From: Horticoccus luteus | GTDB lineage: Bacteria; Verrucomicrobiota; Verrucomicrobiia; Opitutales; Opitutaceae | Reading direction: 5' to 3' | Length of the DNA stretch: 32,000 nt | Assembly (NCBI RefSeq): GCF_019464535.1 | Contig: NZ_CP080507.1 | Coordinates: 1,350,001-1,382,000, forward strand | Shown here: one piece after another, positions 9,248 to 18,034 of the stretch | Position numbering within the stretch: position 1 is the first letter of the stretch | How the letters are laid out: every line of letters begins with the position of its first letter | Notes under the pieces: model-generated | What the model saw: only the letters and a program-made list of their open reading frames with translations | Told to the model about the DNA's origin: nothing | Databases searched by the model: none | Made by a program: the position numbers and the translations under genes

Positions 9248-9269
9248 GGCTCCGCTTAATGGCGGAGTC
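9248..9269 (+). promoter_or_regulatory. stem-loop in the rpsA 5' leader (GGCTCCGC-TTAATG-GCGGAGTC)
   Basis: Hand-folded 8-bp stem (one G-U) with a 6-nt loop, about 55 nt upstream of the rpsA ATG. The core sequence recurs upstream of rpsB (11354-11372). Confidence 0.4.
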
Positions 9270-9323
9270 ATTTCCGGGGGAAGCGGCGCTCTGGAGCAGG
9301 CGTCGGTTTCGCCGGTTTCGCAC

Positions 9324-11000
9324 ATGAGTTCAGTAATGCAAGAGCTGCTCGCTCAATCGTCCTTCGACAAGTTGAAGGAAGGCGCGATTGTGCCGGGCGT
9401 CATCACCGAAATCCGCCAGAACGAAGTCGTCGTTGATATTGGCGGCAAGTCCGAGGCGCTGATCCCCGCGTCGGAATTCATCGACATCGGCGAGCTGCAA
9501 ATCGGCTCAACGATCGAAGTCCTGCTCGAAAAGTTGGAGGACAAAGGCGGCAACCCCGTCGTTTCCTACGACAAAGCCGAGCAAAAGAAAAACTGGGACA
9601 ACATCCTGACCCGCTTCCCGGAAGGCTCCGTCGCCACCGGCCGGGTGAAGGCCAAGGTCAAGGGCGGCCTGATCATCAGCATCGGCGTCGATGCGTTCAT
9701 GCCCGCGTCGCACATCGACGTGCAGCCCCCGAAGAACCTCGATCAATACGTGGGCCAGACCTACGATTTCAAGGTTCTCAAAATCAATCTCGAGCGGAAG
9801 AACATCGTTCTGTCCCGCCGCGAGCTCATCGAGCAGCAACGCGCCGAAAAGCGCCGTGCCTTGCTCGAATCCATCCAGCCCGGTCAGGTCCGCAAGGGCG
9901 TGGTCAAGAACATCACCGATTTCGGTGCGTTCATCGATCTCGACGGCATGGACGGTCTCCTCCACATCACCGATATGTCGTGGGGCCGCATTTCCCACCC
10001 GAGCGAAATGCTCAAGCAGGGTGAAGAAGTGCAGGTCATGATCATCGAAGTGAACCGCGACAAAGAACGCGTTTCCCTCGGGCTCAAGCAGACCACGAAA
10101 AATCCGTGGGACGAGATCGATCGCAAATTCCCGGTCGGTGCGAAGGTCCACGGTAAAGTGGTCAACCTTGTGCCTTACGGCGCGTTTGTGGAAATCGAGC
10201 CCGGCGTCGAAGGCCTCGTGCACATCACCGAGATGTCTTGGACGAAGCGCATTTCGAAACCTTCCGAGCTCCTCAAAGTGGGTCAGGAAGTCGATGCGGT
10301 CGTTCTCGGCATCCAGAAGGACGAGCAAAAGATTTCGCTCGGCCTCCGCCAGCTCGAGCCGAATCCGTGGGACATGGTTCGCCATAACTACCCCATGGGT
10401 GCGCGCGTGCGCGGCAAGGTGCGCAACATGACCACCTACGGCGCTTTCATCGAACTCGAAGAAGGCATCGACGGCATGGTGCACGTCTCCGACATGAGCT
10501 GGACCCGCAAGGTCAATCACCCGTCGGAAGTCCTCAAGAAGGGCGACGAAGTCGACGCGATCGTGCTCGACGTGGATTCCAACCAGCAGCGCATCAGCCT
10601 TGGCATGAAGCAGCTCGCGCAGGATCCGTGGTCCGACATCGACGCCGTCTTCCGGATAGGCGACGTGGTGAAGGGCACCGTGACCAAGATCACCTCGTTC
10701 GGCGCCTTCGTGGAGCTGAAGGATGGCATCGATGGTTTGGTGCACATCTCGCAGATCAGCGAAGACCGCATCGACAAGGTGAAAGACGTCCTCAAGCCCG
10801 GTCAGGAAGTGACGGCGCGCGTGATCAAGATCGACCGCGACGAACGTCGCCTCGGCCTCTCGATCAAGGCGGCCAACTACTCCGATCAGGAACTCGCGGC
10901 GGAAACGGCCAGCTACGATGCGATGAACCGCAGCGGCGGCGCCGGCTCCGACATGATGAACCTCGGCGACATTCTCGACGAGGCCGCCAAGAAGGAGTAA
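9324..11000 (+). CDS. rpsA: 30S ribosomal protein S1
   Basis: 558 aa with six S1 OB-fold repeats (recurring G.V....FGAF..L..G..GL.H.S pattern, e.g. VKNITDFGAFIDLDGMDGLLHITDMSW). Confidence 0.95.
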   Translation: MSSVMQELLAQSSFDKLKEGAIVPGVITEIRQNEVVVDIGGKSEALIPASEFIDIGELQIGSTIEVLLEKLEDKGGNPVVSYDKAEQKKNWDNILTRFPEGSVATGRVKAKVKGGLIISIGVDAFMPASHIDVQPPKNLDQYVGQTYDFKVLKINLERKNIVLSRRELIEQQRAEKRRALLESIQPGQVRKGVVKNITDFGAFIDLDGMDGLLHITDMSWGRISHPSEMLKQGEEVQVMIIEVNRDKERVSLGLKQTTKNPWDEIDRKFPVGAKVHGKVVNLVPYGAFVEIEPGVEGLVHITEMSWTKRISKPSELLKVGQEVDAVVLGIQKDEQKISLGLRQLEPNPWDMVRHNYPMGARVRGKVRNMTTYGAFIELEEGIDGMVHVSDMSWTRKVNHPSEVLKKGDEVDAIVLDVDSNQQRISLGMKQLAQDPWSDIDAVFRIGDVVKGTVTKITSFGAFVELKDGIDGLVHISQISEDRIDKVKDVLKPGQEVTARVIKIDRDERRLGLSIKAANYSDQELAAETASYDAMNRSGGAGSDMMNLGDILDEAAKKE

Positions 11001-11049
11001 CGATCCACGACAGCTCGTGCGCCGTCCGGCGTGCGAGTGAAAATTCCCA

Positions 11050-11079
11050 GGCGCCCGGAGTAATCCGGGCGCCTTTTTT
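11050..11079 (+). terminator. rho-independent terminator of rpsA
   Basis: GGCGCCCGG-agtaat-CCGGGCGCC perfect 9-bp GC-rich stem followed by TTTTTT. Confidence 0.75.
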
Positions 11080-11127
11080 GCGTCTCCGCGTCGAGCGATG
11101 GAGAACGGCGCCGCCGGGCGGATCGGC

Positions 11128-11163
11128 AAAACAAAAACGCCGCCCGAGCAGAGGGCGGCGTTT
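11128..11163 (-). terminator. rho-independent terminator downstream of tRNA-Met
   Basis: On the minus strand: AAACGCCGCCC-tctgctc-GGGCGGCGTTT followed by a T-rich run (TTTTTGTTTT). Convergent with the rpsA terminator. Confidence 0.6.
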
Positions 11164-11168
11164 AAAAT

Positions 11169-11245
<77 letters not shown>

Positions 11246-11283
11246 ACAAATGGGACGCGGAAGGTGCGTGCCGTGTTTTCCAC

Positions 11284-11310
11284 TGTCAACGTGTTTTTAA
11301 TTTTTTCCCC
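11284..11310 (-). promoter_or_regulatory. possible promoter of the tRNA-Met gene (-35 TTGACA plus A/T-rich UP-like tract)
   Basis: The minus strand reads GGGGAAAAAATTAAAAACACG-TTGACA, with 38 nt between the hexamer and the mature tRNA 5' end. No convincing -10 hexamer was found. Confidence 0.3.
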
Positions 11311-11353
11311 AATTCACTCTTGCCTCGCACGCAGCGCACCTCTGTTTTGGCCC

Positions 11354-11372
11354 GCTCCGCTTTTGGCGGAGT
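11354..11372 (+). promoter_or_regulatory. stem-loop in the rpsB 5' leader (GCTCCGC-TTTTG-GCGGAGT)
   Basis: Hand-folded 7-bp stem (terminal G-U), about 86 nt upstream of the rpsB ATG. Shares GCTCCGCTT and GGCGGAGT with the rpsA leader hairpin. Confidence 0.4.
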
Positions 11373-11457
11373 TCAATCAGTCAAACGTCACTAACCCACA
11401 ACTCACGATCGCAAGGCGGCCCGTTGGCCGACCTGTGTCGGAAGCACATAGATCAAC

Positions 11458-12351
11458 ATGAATATCACACCTAAAGACCTGCTCGATGCCGGCGTCCATT
11501 TCGGACACCAGACCAAGCGCTGGAATCCGCGCTCCAAGCCGTTCGTTTTCGATCACCGGCAGGGTATCACCATCATCGACCTCGGCAAGACCTACGATGC
11601 CTTGCAGAAGGCGACGTCCTTCATCGAGGACACCGTGGCCAACGGCGGCAACGTGCTCTTTGTCGGCACCAAGCGTCAGGCCCAGGAAATCGTGCGTGAA
11701 GCGGCCAACGCCACCGGCATGCCGTTCTGCGTCGACCGCTGGCTCGGCGGCACCTTGACCAATTACGAGACGGTCAAGCGTTCGATCGCCAAGTTTAAGA
11801 AATATCAGCAGATGGAAACGAGCGGCGAACTCGCCAAGCTGTCCTCGAAAGAAGAGGCGTCCATCAAGCGCGAGATGACCCGCATGCGGCGTAATTTCAG
11901 CGGCATCGTCGACATGGGCGGCCTGCCGTCGGCGATGTTTGTGGTCGACGTCAGCCATGAGAAAATCGCGGTCGCCGAGGCGGCGCGTTCCGGCATTCCG
12001 TGCGCCGCGATCGTCGATACCAATTCCGACCCCAGCACGGTTTCGCATCCGATCCCGGGCAATGACGACGCGGTGAAATCCGTGCGCATCATCGTCGAAG
12101 CGATCACGGCGGCGGTCCAAAGCGGCCTCGCCCAGCGTGACACGCGCCGGGCGGCGCGGGGCGCCTCCGATCTGAAAGCGGCGACGGCAGCAGTCGCCGC
12201 GGCGGCGGGGATCGAGCCGACGGCCGAAGGAGAGGCGACCGCCGACCAAGCGGTCGAAACCTCCGAGGACGCCGAGACCGAAGTCACTGAGACCACGGTT
12301 GCCAAAAAGAAAACCACCCGCGCGAAGAAGGCGCCCGTCAAGGCCGAATAA
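11458..12351 (+). CDS. rpsB: 30S ribosomal protein S2
   Basis: 297 aa. LLDAGVHFGHQTKRWNP, GGNVLFVGTKRQA, DRWLGGTLTN, IPGNDDA. Ala/Glu/Lys-rich C-tail. Confidence 0.95.
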   Translation: MNITPKDLLDAGVHFGHQTKRWNPRSKPFVFDHRQGITIIDLGKTYDALQKATSFIEDTVANGGNVLFVGTKRQAQEIVREAANATGMPFCVDRWLGGTLTNYETVKRSIAKFKKYQQMETSGELAKLSSKEEASIKREMTRMRRNFSGIVDMGGLPSAMFVVDVSHEKIAVAEAARSGIPCAAIVDTNSDPSTVSHPIPGNDDAVKSVRIIVEAITAAVQSGLAQRDTRRAARGASDLKAATAAVAAAAGIEPTAEGEATADQAVETSEDAETEVTETTVAKKKTTRAKKAPVKAE

Positions 12352-12369
12352 ACGGCCGAATTTTATTAC

Positions 12370-12963
12370 ATGAGCTCACCTATTTCCGCTCAAATGGTGG
12401 CCGATCTTCGCGAGAAGACCGGCGCCGGACTGCTCGACTGCAAAAAGGCTCTCACCGAGGCCAACGGCAACGTCGAGGAAGCCGTCACGATCCTGCGCAA
12501 GAAAGGCGCCGCTTCCGCGGCCAAGAAGGCCGATCGCATGACCAAGGAAGGCCTGATTCACAGCTACATTCACGTCGGCGGCAAAGTCGGCGTGTTGATC
12601 GAGGTGAATTGCGAGACCGACTTTGTGGCGCGCAACGAAGACTTCAAAGCGTTCGTCAACGACATCTGCCTGCAGATCGCGGCGGCCAACCCGCTTTACG
12701 TGAATCGTGAGCAGGTGCCGGAAGCTGACCTGCAAAAGGAACGCGACATCGCGGCCGCGCAGGTGCAGGGCAAGCCGCCCGCCGCCGTGCAAAAAATCGT
12801 GGAAGGCAAGATCGAGAAATATTTCTCCACGGTCTGCCTGCTCGATCAGCCGTTTGTGAAGTCGCCGGAGAAGATCGTTAAAGATCTTGTGACCGAAAAA
12901 ATCACGAAGATCGGCGAGAACATCCAGCTCCGCCGTTTCACGCGCTACCAACTGGGCGCCTGA
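12370..12963 (+). CDS. tsf: translation elongation factor Ts (short form)
   Basis: 197 aa. UBA-like N-terminus [37 protein letters not shown], then [20 protein letters not shown]. Canonical rpsB-tsf order. Confidence 0.95.
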   Translation: MSSPISAQMVADLREKTGAGLLDCKKALTEANGNVEEAVTILRKKGAASAAKKADRMTKEGLIHSYIHVGGKVGVLIEVNCETDFVARNEDFKAFVNDICLQIAAANPLYVNREQVPEADLQKERDIAAAQVQGKPPAAVQKIVEGKIEKYFSTVCLLDQPFVKSPEKIVKDLVTEKITKIGENIQLRRFTRYQLGA

Positions 12964-12988
12964 GCCAAACGCATTTGCGCTTTTGTCC

Positions 12989-13020
12989 ACGCTTCACTCC
13001 TCTGGGGTGAAGCGTTTTTT
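12989..13020 (+). terminator. rho-independent terminator of rpsB-tsf
   Basis: ACGCTTCAC-tcctctgg-GTGAAGCGT 9-bp stem followed by TTTTTT (through 13020). Confidence 0.75.
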
Positions 13021-13428
13021 ATGCATGTGACTCGAAGCCAGATCATCCAGCGCGGATTCACCCACCGGTGCCCCAATTGCGGCGGCCGCACCCTGTTTCG
13101 GGCAGGAACGATGTTCAAAGTAAACCGTGCGTGCACCGCCTGCGGACTGCCGATCGAGCGCGATGAAGGTTCCTTTCTCGGCTCCATGGCGCTCAATTAC
13201 GGGGTGACGGTGTTGGTATATCTGCTGCCGCTGGTCGTGCTGGGCGCCACGGGTGTGTTGAGCGCGAAGGTGGCACTGATCGCGGGCCTGGTCGGCGCGT
13301 TCGTCTTTCCGGCGCTTTTCTACCGCTCGTCGCGGAGTTGGTGGATCATGTGCTATTATTTTTTTCTGCCGCAGCATTTGCCGGCCAATCGCAGGGCAGT
13401 GCGTGCGGACGAAGATGAAAATATCTGA
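13021..13428 (+). CDS. DUF983-like zinc-ribbon membrane protein
   Basis: 135 aa. CPNCGG...ACTACG zinc-ribbon followed by two hydrophobic helices ([35 protein letters not shown]). Family assignment is from memory of the DUF983 architecture. Confidence 0.55.
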   Translation: MHVTRSQIIQRGFTHRCPNCGGRTLFRAGTMFKVNRACTACGLPIERDEGSFLGSMALNYGVTVLVYLLPLVVLGATGVLSAKVALIAGLVGAFVFPALFYRSSRSWWIMCYYFFLPQHLPANRRAVRADEDENI

Positions 13429-13491
13429 GCGGCGCCGGTAATTTCAGCTTCCGTTTTTTGGCCGCCGCCGTAGGTTGCGCGATTCCGGTTC

Positions 13492-13579
13492 GGAGAGGTG
13501 GCAGAGTGGTCTAACGCGCCTGACTCGAAATCAGGTGTGCCGCAAGGCACCGGGGGTTCGAATCCCTCCCTCTCCGCCA
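13492..13579 (+). tRNA. tRNA-Ser (anticodon CGA)
   Basis: 88 nt. Acceptor GGAGAGG/CCTCTCC, anticodon loop CTCGAAA, long variable arm (TGTGCCGCAAGGCACC), T-loop TTCGAAT, encoded CCA. Confidence 0.9.
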
Positions 13580-13610
13580 AGTCGATCCAGCCGGATGGAC
13601 GAGAGGTTCA

Positions 13611-16600
13611 TCAACGTGATTTTTGCAGGGCGTGATGAAGGATCTTCAGCAACGCTTCGGCGGAATAGGGCTTGGGCAGAAAATCGGTGATGCCTGCGGC
13701 CGCGACCTTTGCAATGTACCCATTGGCGTTGAGACCGCTGGCCGCCACAATCAGCACCCGGGGATTGATCCGTTTCAGCGCGACGATCAGCGTAGGACCA
13801 TCCATCACCGGCATCATCATATCGGTGAGAACGACACTGATCTTGTCGCGATGCGTGGCGTAGATGCCGATGGCTTGGGCTCCATCTTCCGCCGTAAGCA
13901 CGCGGTAGCCGAATGCCTCTAGTGTTTGCTGAGTAATGCTCAGAATAGACACCTCATCATCAACCACCAATACCACCTCGCCTTGGCCGCGGATCAGTGC
14001 GTCTCGGGCCGACGAGCCGGAAGACTGTTCGGCATCTTCGCGGACTTGGACCGGGAGGTAGATTTTGAACGAGGTTCCATGGCCGACTTCGCTGTAGACG
14101 TTGATGATCCCGCCATGGCTGCGAACAATACCCAGCGCCGTGGAAAGCCCCAAGCCGGTGCCGCGACCGGTTTCTTTCGTGGTATAAAACGGTTCGAATA
14201 TGCGTTCGAGCACGTCGGGAGGCATACCGCATCCGGTATCTATAAAATTCAGGCAGACATATTGGCCGGCCGTCATTCCTGGGCTCATGACGGCATACTG
14301 TTCATCGATCTTCACCGCTTCCGCTTGGATAGTAATATCGCCGCCCGAAGGCATCGCGTCCCGCGCATTGACGGCCAGATTGAGGATGACCTGGTGCAAT
14401 TGCGTCGGGTCGCCTGTGATGAGCGGCAAATCAAGGGGCAGCTTGGTGTGACAGCGAATATTTTTTGGAAAAGTAACCTCAATCAGGCTCTGAACATCGC
14501 GCACGATATGGTTGAGCTTAACGGCGATGCGCGCTCCTTCGACCCCGCGGGCGAACGATAAAACCTGTTTGACCAGATCGGTTCCGCGCCGGGCGCTTCG
14601 CTCGATGCTACCGATGACCATGGCAGTATTTTCGTTTTGAGGGCCCATGCGGAGTAATTCCACCCCCATCAAAATGGGAGAAAGCAGATTGTTAAGATCG
14701 TGGGCGATGCCGCCGGCCAAAGTGCCGATGCTTTCCATCCGCTGGGCCCGCAAAAATTGCTGCTCAATTTTCTTCTGGGCCGTGATGTCGACGTCGATCG
14801 TGAGAATGGACTCAATCTTGCCTTGGTCGTTCTTTTGACCGCGCCACTGCCCAGCGACGACGACGAGTTCTCCCGCTTTATTTTGCTTTTTTACTTCGCC
14901 ACTCCAAGCGCCCTGCTGCTCGATTTGACGAATGGCTTCTTCGTACACGGAGGGCTCGGGCTGCAACAGTTCAATCAAAGACTTACCGATCGCCTCCTCT
15001 GCTCGCCAGCCGTACAGATGTTCCGCGCCTTTGCTCCAGAATTTAAGCCGGTGATTCGGATCTTGTACAATAATCGCCACAGGCGCCGCATCGATCAGGG
15101 CCGCCTGCTCCGACAGGCGCGCGTGATTGCGCCGGCGTTCGGTCACGTCTTGTGCCAGAGCCAGGCGCGCCGGTCGGCCGTTGAGCACGACCGGTTCGGA
15201 GGAAACCTCCACCGCAATAATGTCGCCCGATTTTTTGCGGTGCATGCGCAAGCCCCGCAAATGGCCCGCGTTGATGAGTTTTTTGGTCGAAGATTCTAGC
15301 TCCGACGAATCTTCCGGCGCGCGGATATCAAGCACTGTCATTTGCAGGAATTCATCCCGCGTATAGCCATAGTGGCCAATTGCAGCGTCGTTCACGTCAA
15401 GAAAGCGCAGCGTGGCCATGTTATAGGTCCACATCGGCAGCGGATTACTGACAAAGAGCAGGCGATATTGCTCTTCGGAACGACGCATTTGCTCCGTCGC
15501 CCTGATACGCTGCATCGACGCGGATAAGTTTTCCGCGACGATTTCCATGTTATGAAAGGCGGACTCGGTGAAAGCATCGACCTGTTGGGCGCCTACTTGG
15601 AGCAAACCCAGAGCAATCGGGCCGTCATGTAACGGAATCAACATCAAGGCGTGCACACCTGACTTCAGCGTCGCAACCGTGTCGACTCGCTCGTCCGGCC
15701 GGTCCGCCCGCCAGAAGATTGATTGAAGCGTGGTTAAGACGATGCTTGCAGGCCCTTCCGTCCGAGGGCGGCGTCCATGCAGGGTCGGCTCCAGCAGCCC
15801 TGTCGCCGCGAGACAGGCCAATTCGTCGCCTTCCACAAGTTCAATGGAAACTCCGTCGACGGTTAAGAAGTCAGTCACTCGTTTCACCACCAATTTCAGC
15901 AGGTCCTCTAACGAGATATTGCCGTGCGCGATCTCCTGGAGAATGCCGACGATTTTGATCAGATCCTCGTGCGAGCGGCTGAGCTCCAGTTCCGTTCGCT
16001 TGGCCTGATCGATATCCTGAACGGCGCCTTGGATTTTAGTAATTACGCCTTCTTGATTGCGCACGGCCTCTCCAGAGGTGGAGATCCAGATGCTCTTTCC
16101 AGTGGCGGCCGTGATTTGCAGCTCGAGTTCGAACGGATCTCCATGCTGGCGACACGACTCGATCGCCTGACGGATAACGGGCCGTGCTTCCGCCGCGTGA
16201 TAGTTGATCACTTCGTCGAGCGTAGGCTGATGGCCCGGCGGTTGTCCGTGGAGCGCGCATACTTCCTCCGACCAATAGCAAAAGCGTTGGCCGAGCGAGA
16301 GGGACCAGGCACCGACTTTGGCCAAACGACCGGCCATCCTCATTTGCGAATGCTGTGAGCGGATCTTTTCTTCGGCCATTCTTCGATCGCGAACGTCATC
16401 GAAATAGCAAAGCAGGTAGGATTTCTCGTCGTGCGTGAAGGGAACGAGCCAGCAGTGCAGCCATATCTCGCGGCCGAAGGAATTCAGTGATCGGATTTCC
16501 AGGTCCGTTGTCTGGCCGGTCGTCAGCACGGTGAGCGCCGCCGCAGGGAGTTCGGTTTGCTTCCAGACTTCAATACTATGAAAATTTTGGCTCTTTAATG

Positions 16601-17738
16601 CCGCCACGTCGGGAGCGCCGAGCACCTGCGCACTGGCGTCATTGGCCATCACAATTTCCCCCGAGGCCTTGCAGACAATAATCGCCAACGGCGAGGACGC
16701 GAACAGCGTCTGACTGAATCGCAGGGCTTCCTCCGCGAGGCGCTCGGTCTCTTTGCGCTGCGTGATGTCCTGACAGGTGCCGACGGCCCTTACCGGGGCG
16801 TCTGCATCATCAAACTGCACGCGCCAGATTTCCTCCACCATCTTGGTGCGGCCGTTCCGCAGGAGAATGCGATGTTCGATCGAATGGCGATCGGCGGTCG
16901 TGAACGAAGAGCGGAGGGCGTCATCCACGCGCTGGCGGTCATGCGGGTGCACCAGGGCGAGAAAGTCCGCGTGCGTCGGCTGGAATTGATCGGGGCGTGT
17001 TCCAAAGATGCGGTGGGTTTCCTCCGACCAAACGACGGTCATCGTCGCTATATCCGTTTCCCAACTTCCCACTTTGCCCACTGCCTGAGCCTCGGCCAGC
17101 CGCTGCGCGAGGCGTCGTTGCCCCTGCTCTTGTTCGCGAAGTTGGATTTCGGTGCGATGTCGTTCCGTTATATCCACGTGCATCACGACCACGCGGGCAC
17201 GGTCGCCTGCGTCCACGGGACTGACCACGAGGCGAAACCACATTGTCTGAGCGGGCGTTTGACAGGGGTATTCAATCGAAAAGCCCGCCATGGTGCCTTC
17301 CATTACAGCGCGGATTCCGCGGGCGACCGCGGGTGCTTCCGCCGCGTGCGGGTCTGTCGCCAGATCGCAAATCTTGAGGTAGTCAGCGCCCAAGCCGAAG
17401 TCCGGCATCTGCAAGCCGTTGGCTCGACCGAACGTGCGCCACGCTTCGTTGACCACGAGAATTCGGCCGTGCGCGTCGAGCAAAGCGATGTGTGCGGGAA
17501 AAGAATCGAGGATGCTTGTCAGCGTCTGAGAGGACAACCCCTGCAAAAATTGGCCATTGACTGGCTTACGTTGCGCGGCCGCCAGCAACAGGGGATGGCT
17601 TTGGGGGGCCGAAACGGCATCGACTTGCTTTCCAATGTAATTTTGCAAGGCCGCTTCCGCGTCGGCGAGTTGCTGCATCAGTTTTGCGAGGGTCTCGTCG
17701 GCTGCGCCCGCGGAATCGTTGGGGAGGGCGGAGTTCAT
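13611..17738 (-). CDS. multi-PAS/GAF hybrid sensor histidine kinase with C-terminal receiver
   Basis: 1375 aa. N-terminal coiled-coil. At least six PAS-like modules (e.g. WETDIATMTVVWSEETHRIFG, AWSLSLGQRFCYWSEEVCALHG, YGWRAEEAIGKS). One GAF-like segment. H-box GGIAHDLNNLLSPI. ATPase boxes NLAVNARDAM, DTGCGM, GTGLGLS. REC domain VLVVDDE...VLTDMMMPVMDG. The ATG overlaps the kaiB-like stop. Confidence 0.9.
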   Translation of the reverse strand: MNSALPNDSAGAADETLAKLMQQLADAEAALQNYIGKQVDAVSAPQSHPLLLAAAQRKPVNGQFLQGLSSQTLTSILDSFPAHIALLDAHGRILVVNEAWRTFGRANGLQMPDFGLGADYLKICDLATDPHAAEAPAVARGIRAVMEGTMAGFSIEYPCQTPAQTMWFRLVVSPVDAGDRARVVVMHVDITERHRTEIQLREQEQGQRRLAQRLAEAQAVGKVGSWETDIATMTVVWSEETHRIFGTRPDQFQPTHADFLALVHPHDRQRVDDALRSSFTTADRHSIEHRILLRNGRTKMVEEIWRVQFDDADAPVRAVGTCQDITQRKETERLAEEALRFSQTLFASSPLAIIVCKASGEIVMANDASAQVLGAPDVAALKSQNFHSIEVWKQTELPAAALTVLTTGQTTDLEIRSLNSFGREIWLHCWLVPFTHDEKSYLLCYFDDVRDRRMAEEKIRSQHSQMRMAGRLAKVGAWSLSLGQRFCYWSEEVCALHGQPPGHQPTLDEVINYHAAEARPVIRQAIESCRQHGDPFELELQITAATGKSIWISTSGEAVRNQEGVITKIQGAVQDIDQAKRTELELSRSHEDLIKIVGILQEIAHGNISLEDLLKLVVKRVTDFLTVDGVSIELVEGDELACLAATGLLEPTLHGRRPRTEGPASIVLTTLQSIFWRADRPDERVDTVATLKSGVHALMLIPLHDGPIALGLLQVGAQQVDAFTESAFHNMEIVAENLSASMQRIRATEQMRRSEEQYRLLFVSNPLPMWTYNMATLRFLDVNDAAIGHYGYTRDEFLQMTVLDIRAPEDSSELESSTKKLINAGHLRGLRMHRKKSGDIIAVEVSSEPVVLNGRPARLALAQDVTERRRNHARLSEQAALIDAAPVAIIVQDPNHRLKFWSKGAEHLYGWRAEEAIGKSLIELLQPEPSVYEEAIRQIEQQGAWSGEVKKQNKAGELVVVAGQWRGQKNDQGKIESILTIDVDITAQKKIEQQFLRAQRMESIGTLAGGIAHDLNNLLSPILMGVELLRMGPQNENTAMVIGSIERSARRGTDLVKQVLSFARGVEGARIAVKLNHIVRDVQSLIEVTFPKNIRCHTKLPLDLPLITGDPTQLHQVILNLAVNARDAMPSGGDITIQAEAVKIDEQYAVMSPGMTAGQYVCLNFIDTGCGMPPDVLERIFEPFYTTKETGRGTGLGLSTALGIVRSHGGIINVYSEVGHGTSFKIYLPVQVREDAEQSSGSSARDALIRGQGEVVLVVDDEVSILSITQQTLEAFGYRVLTAEDGAQAIGIYATHRDKISVVLTDMMMPVMDGPTLIVALKRINPRVLIVAASGLNANGYIAKVAAAGITDFLPKPYSAEALLKILHHALQKSR

Positions 17739-18034
17739 CGAGAGAGCAGATTCAGCCCTAAAATGGTTCGGGGTTTGTCGGGCTCAACCAAACGACCGAT
17801 AAAGTTTACAACCTGCGAGAAACCCGCGCGGACCAAGATCGGCGTGACGAGGATGTCGCCGCGCACGGCTGCTTCGATCCGCAGCAGCAGGTCGATGGAT
17901 TTGGTTCTCTGTTTTCCGGGCATGTTACGCTCGTCAAACGCGTGCAGATTGCCTTGCGCCAAGCCGGGGTTCGGGCCGCCTCCGGCGATGAACAGCCGGA
18001 AATGATAAAAGGGTGTTGGCCGGGCCCAAGTCAT
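17735..18034 (-). CDS. KaiB-like (thioredoxin-fold circadian clock protein family) protein
   Basis: ORF 17735-18229; ATG 18034 gives 99 aa. It aligns by eye along the whole length with cyanobacterial KaiB: YHFRLFIAGGGPN vs YILKLYVAGNTPN, SIDLL vs VIDVL, DILVTPILVR vs KILATPTLAK, IGRL...ILGLNLL vs IGDL...LIGLDLL. The stop overlaps the kinase ATG (ATGA 17735-17738). Confidence 0.75.
   Translation of the reverse strand: MTWARPTPFYHFRLFIAGGGPNPGLAQGNLHAFDERNMPGKQRTKSIDLLLRIEAAVRGDILVTPILVRAGFSQVVNFIGRLVEPDKPRTILGLNLLSR

Noticed and set aside
13356-13580. ORFs crossing the tRNA genes: [14 protein letters not shown]... at 13356-13580 and ...AHNLKVAGSNPAPA... at 10864-11289.
   Set aside because: These are the typical pseudo-translations of the tRNA T-arm and acceptor sequence on the opposite strand. 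The tRNA cloverleaves explain the region.
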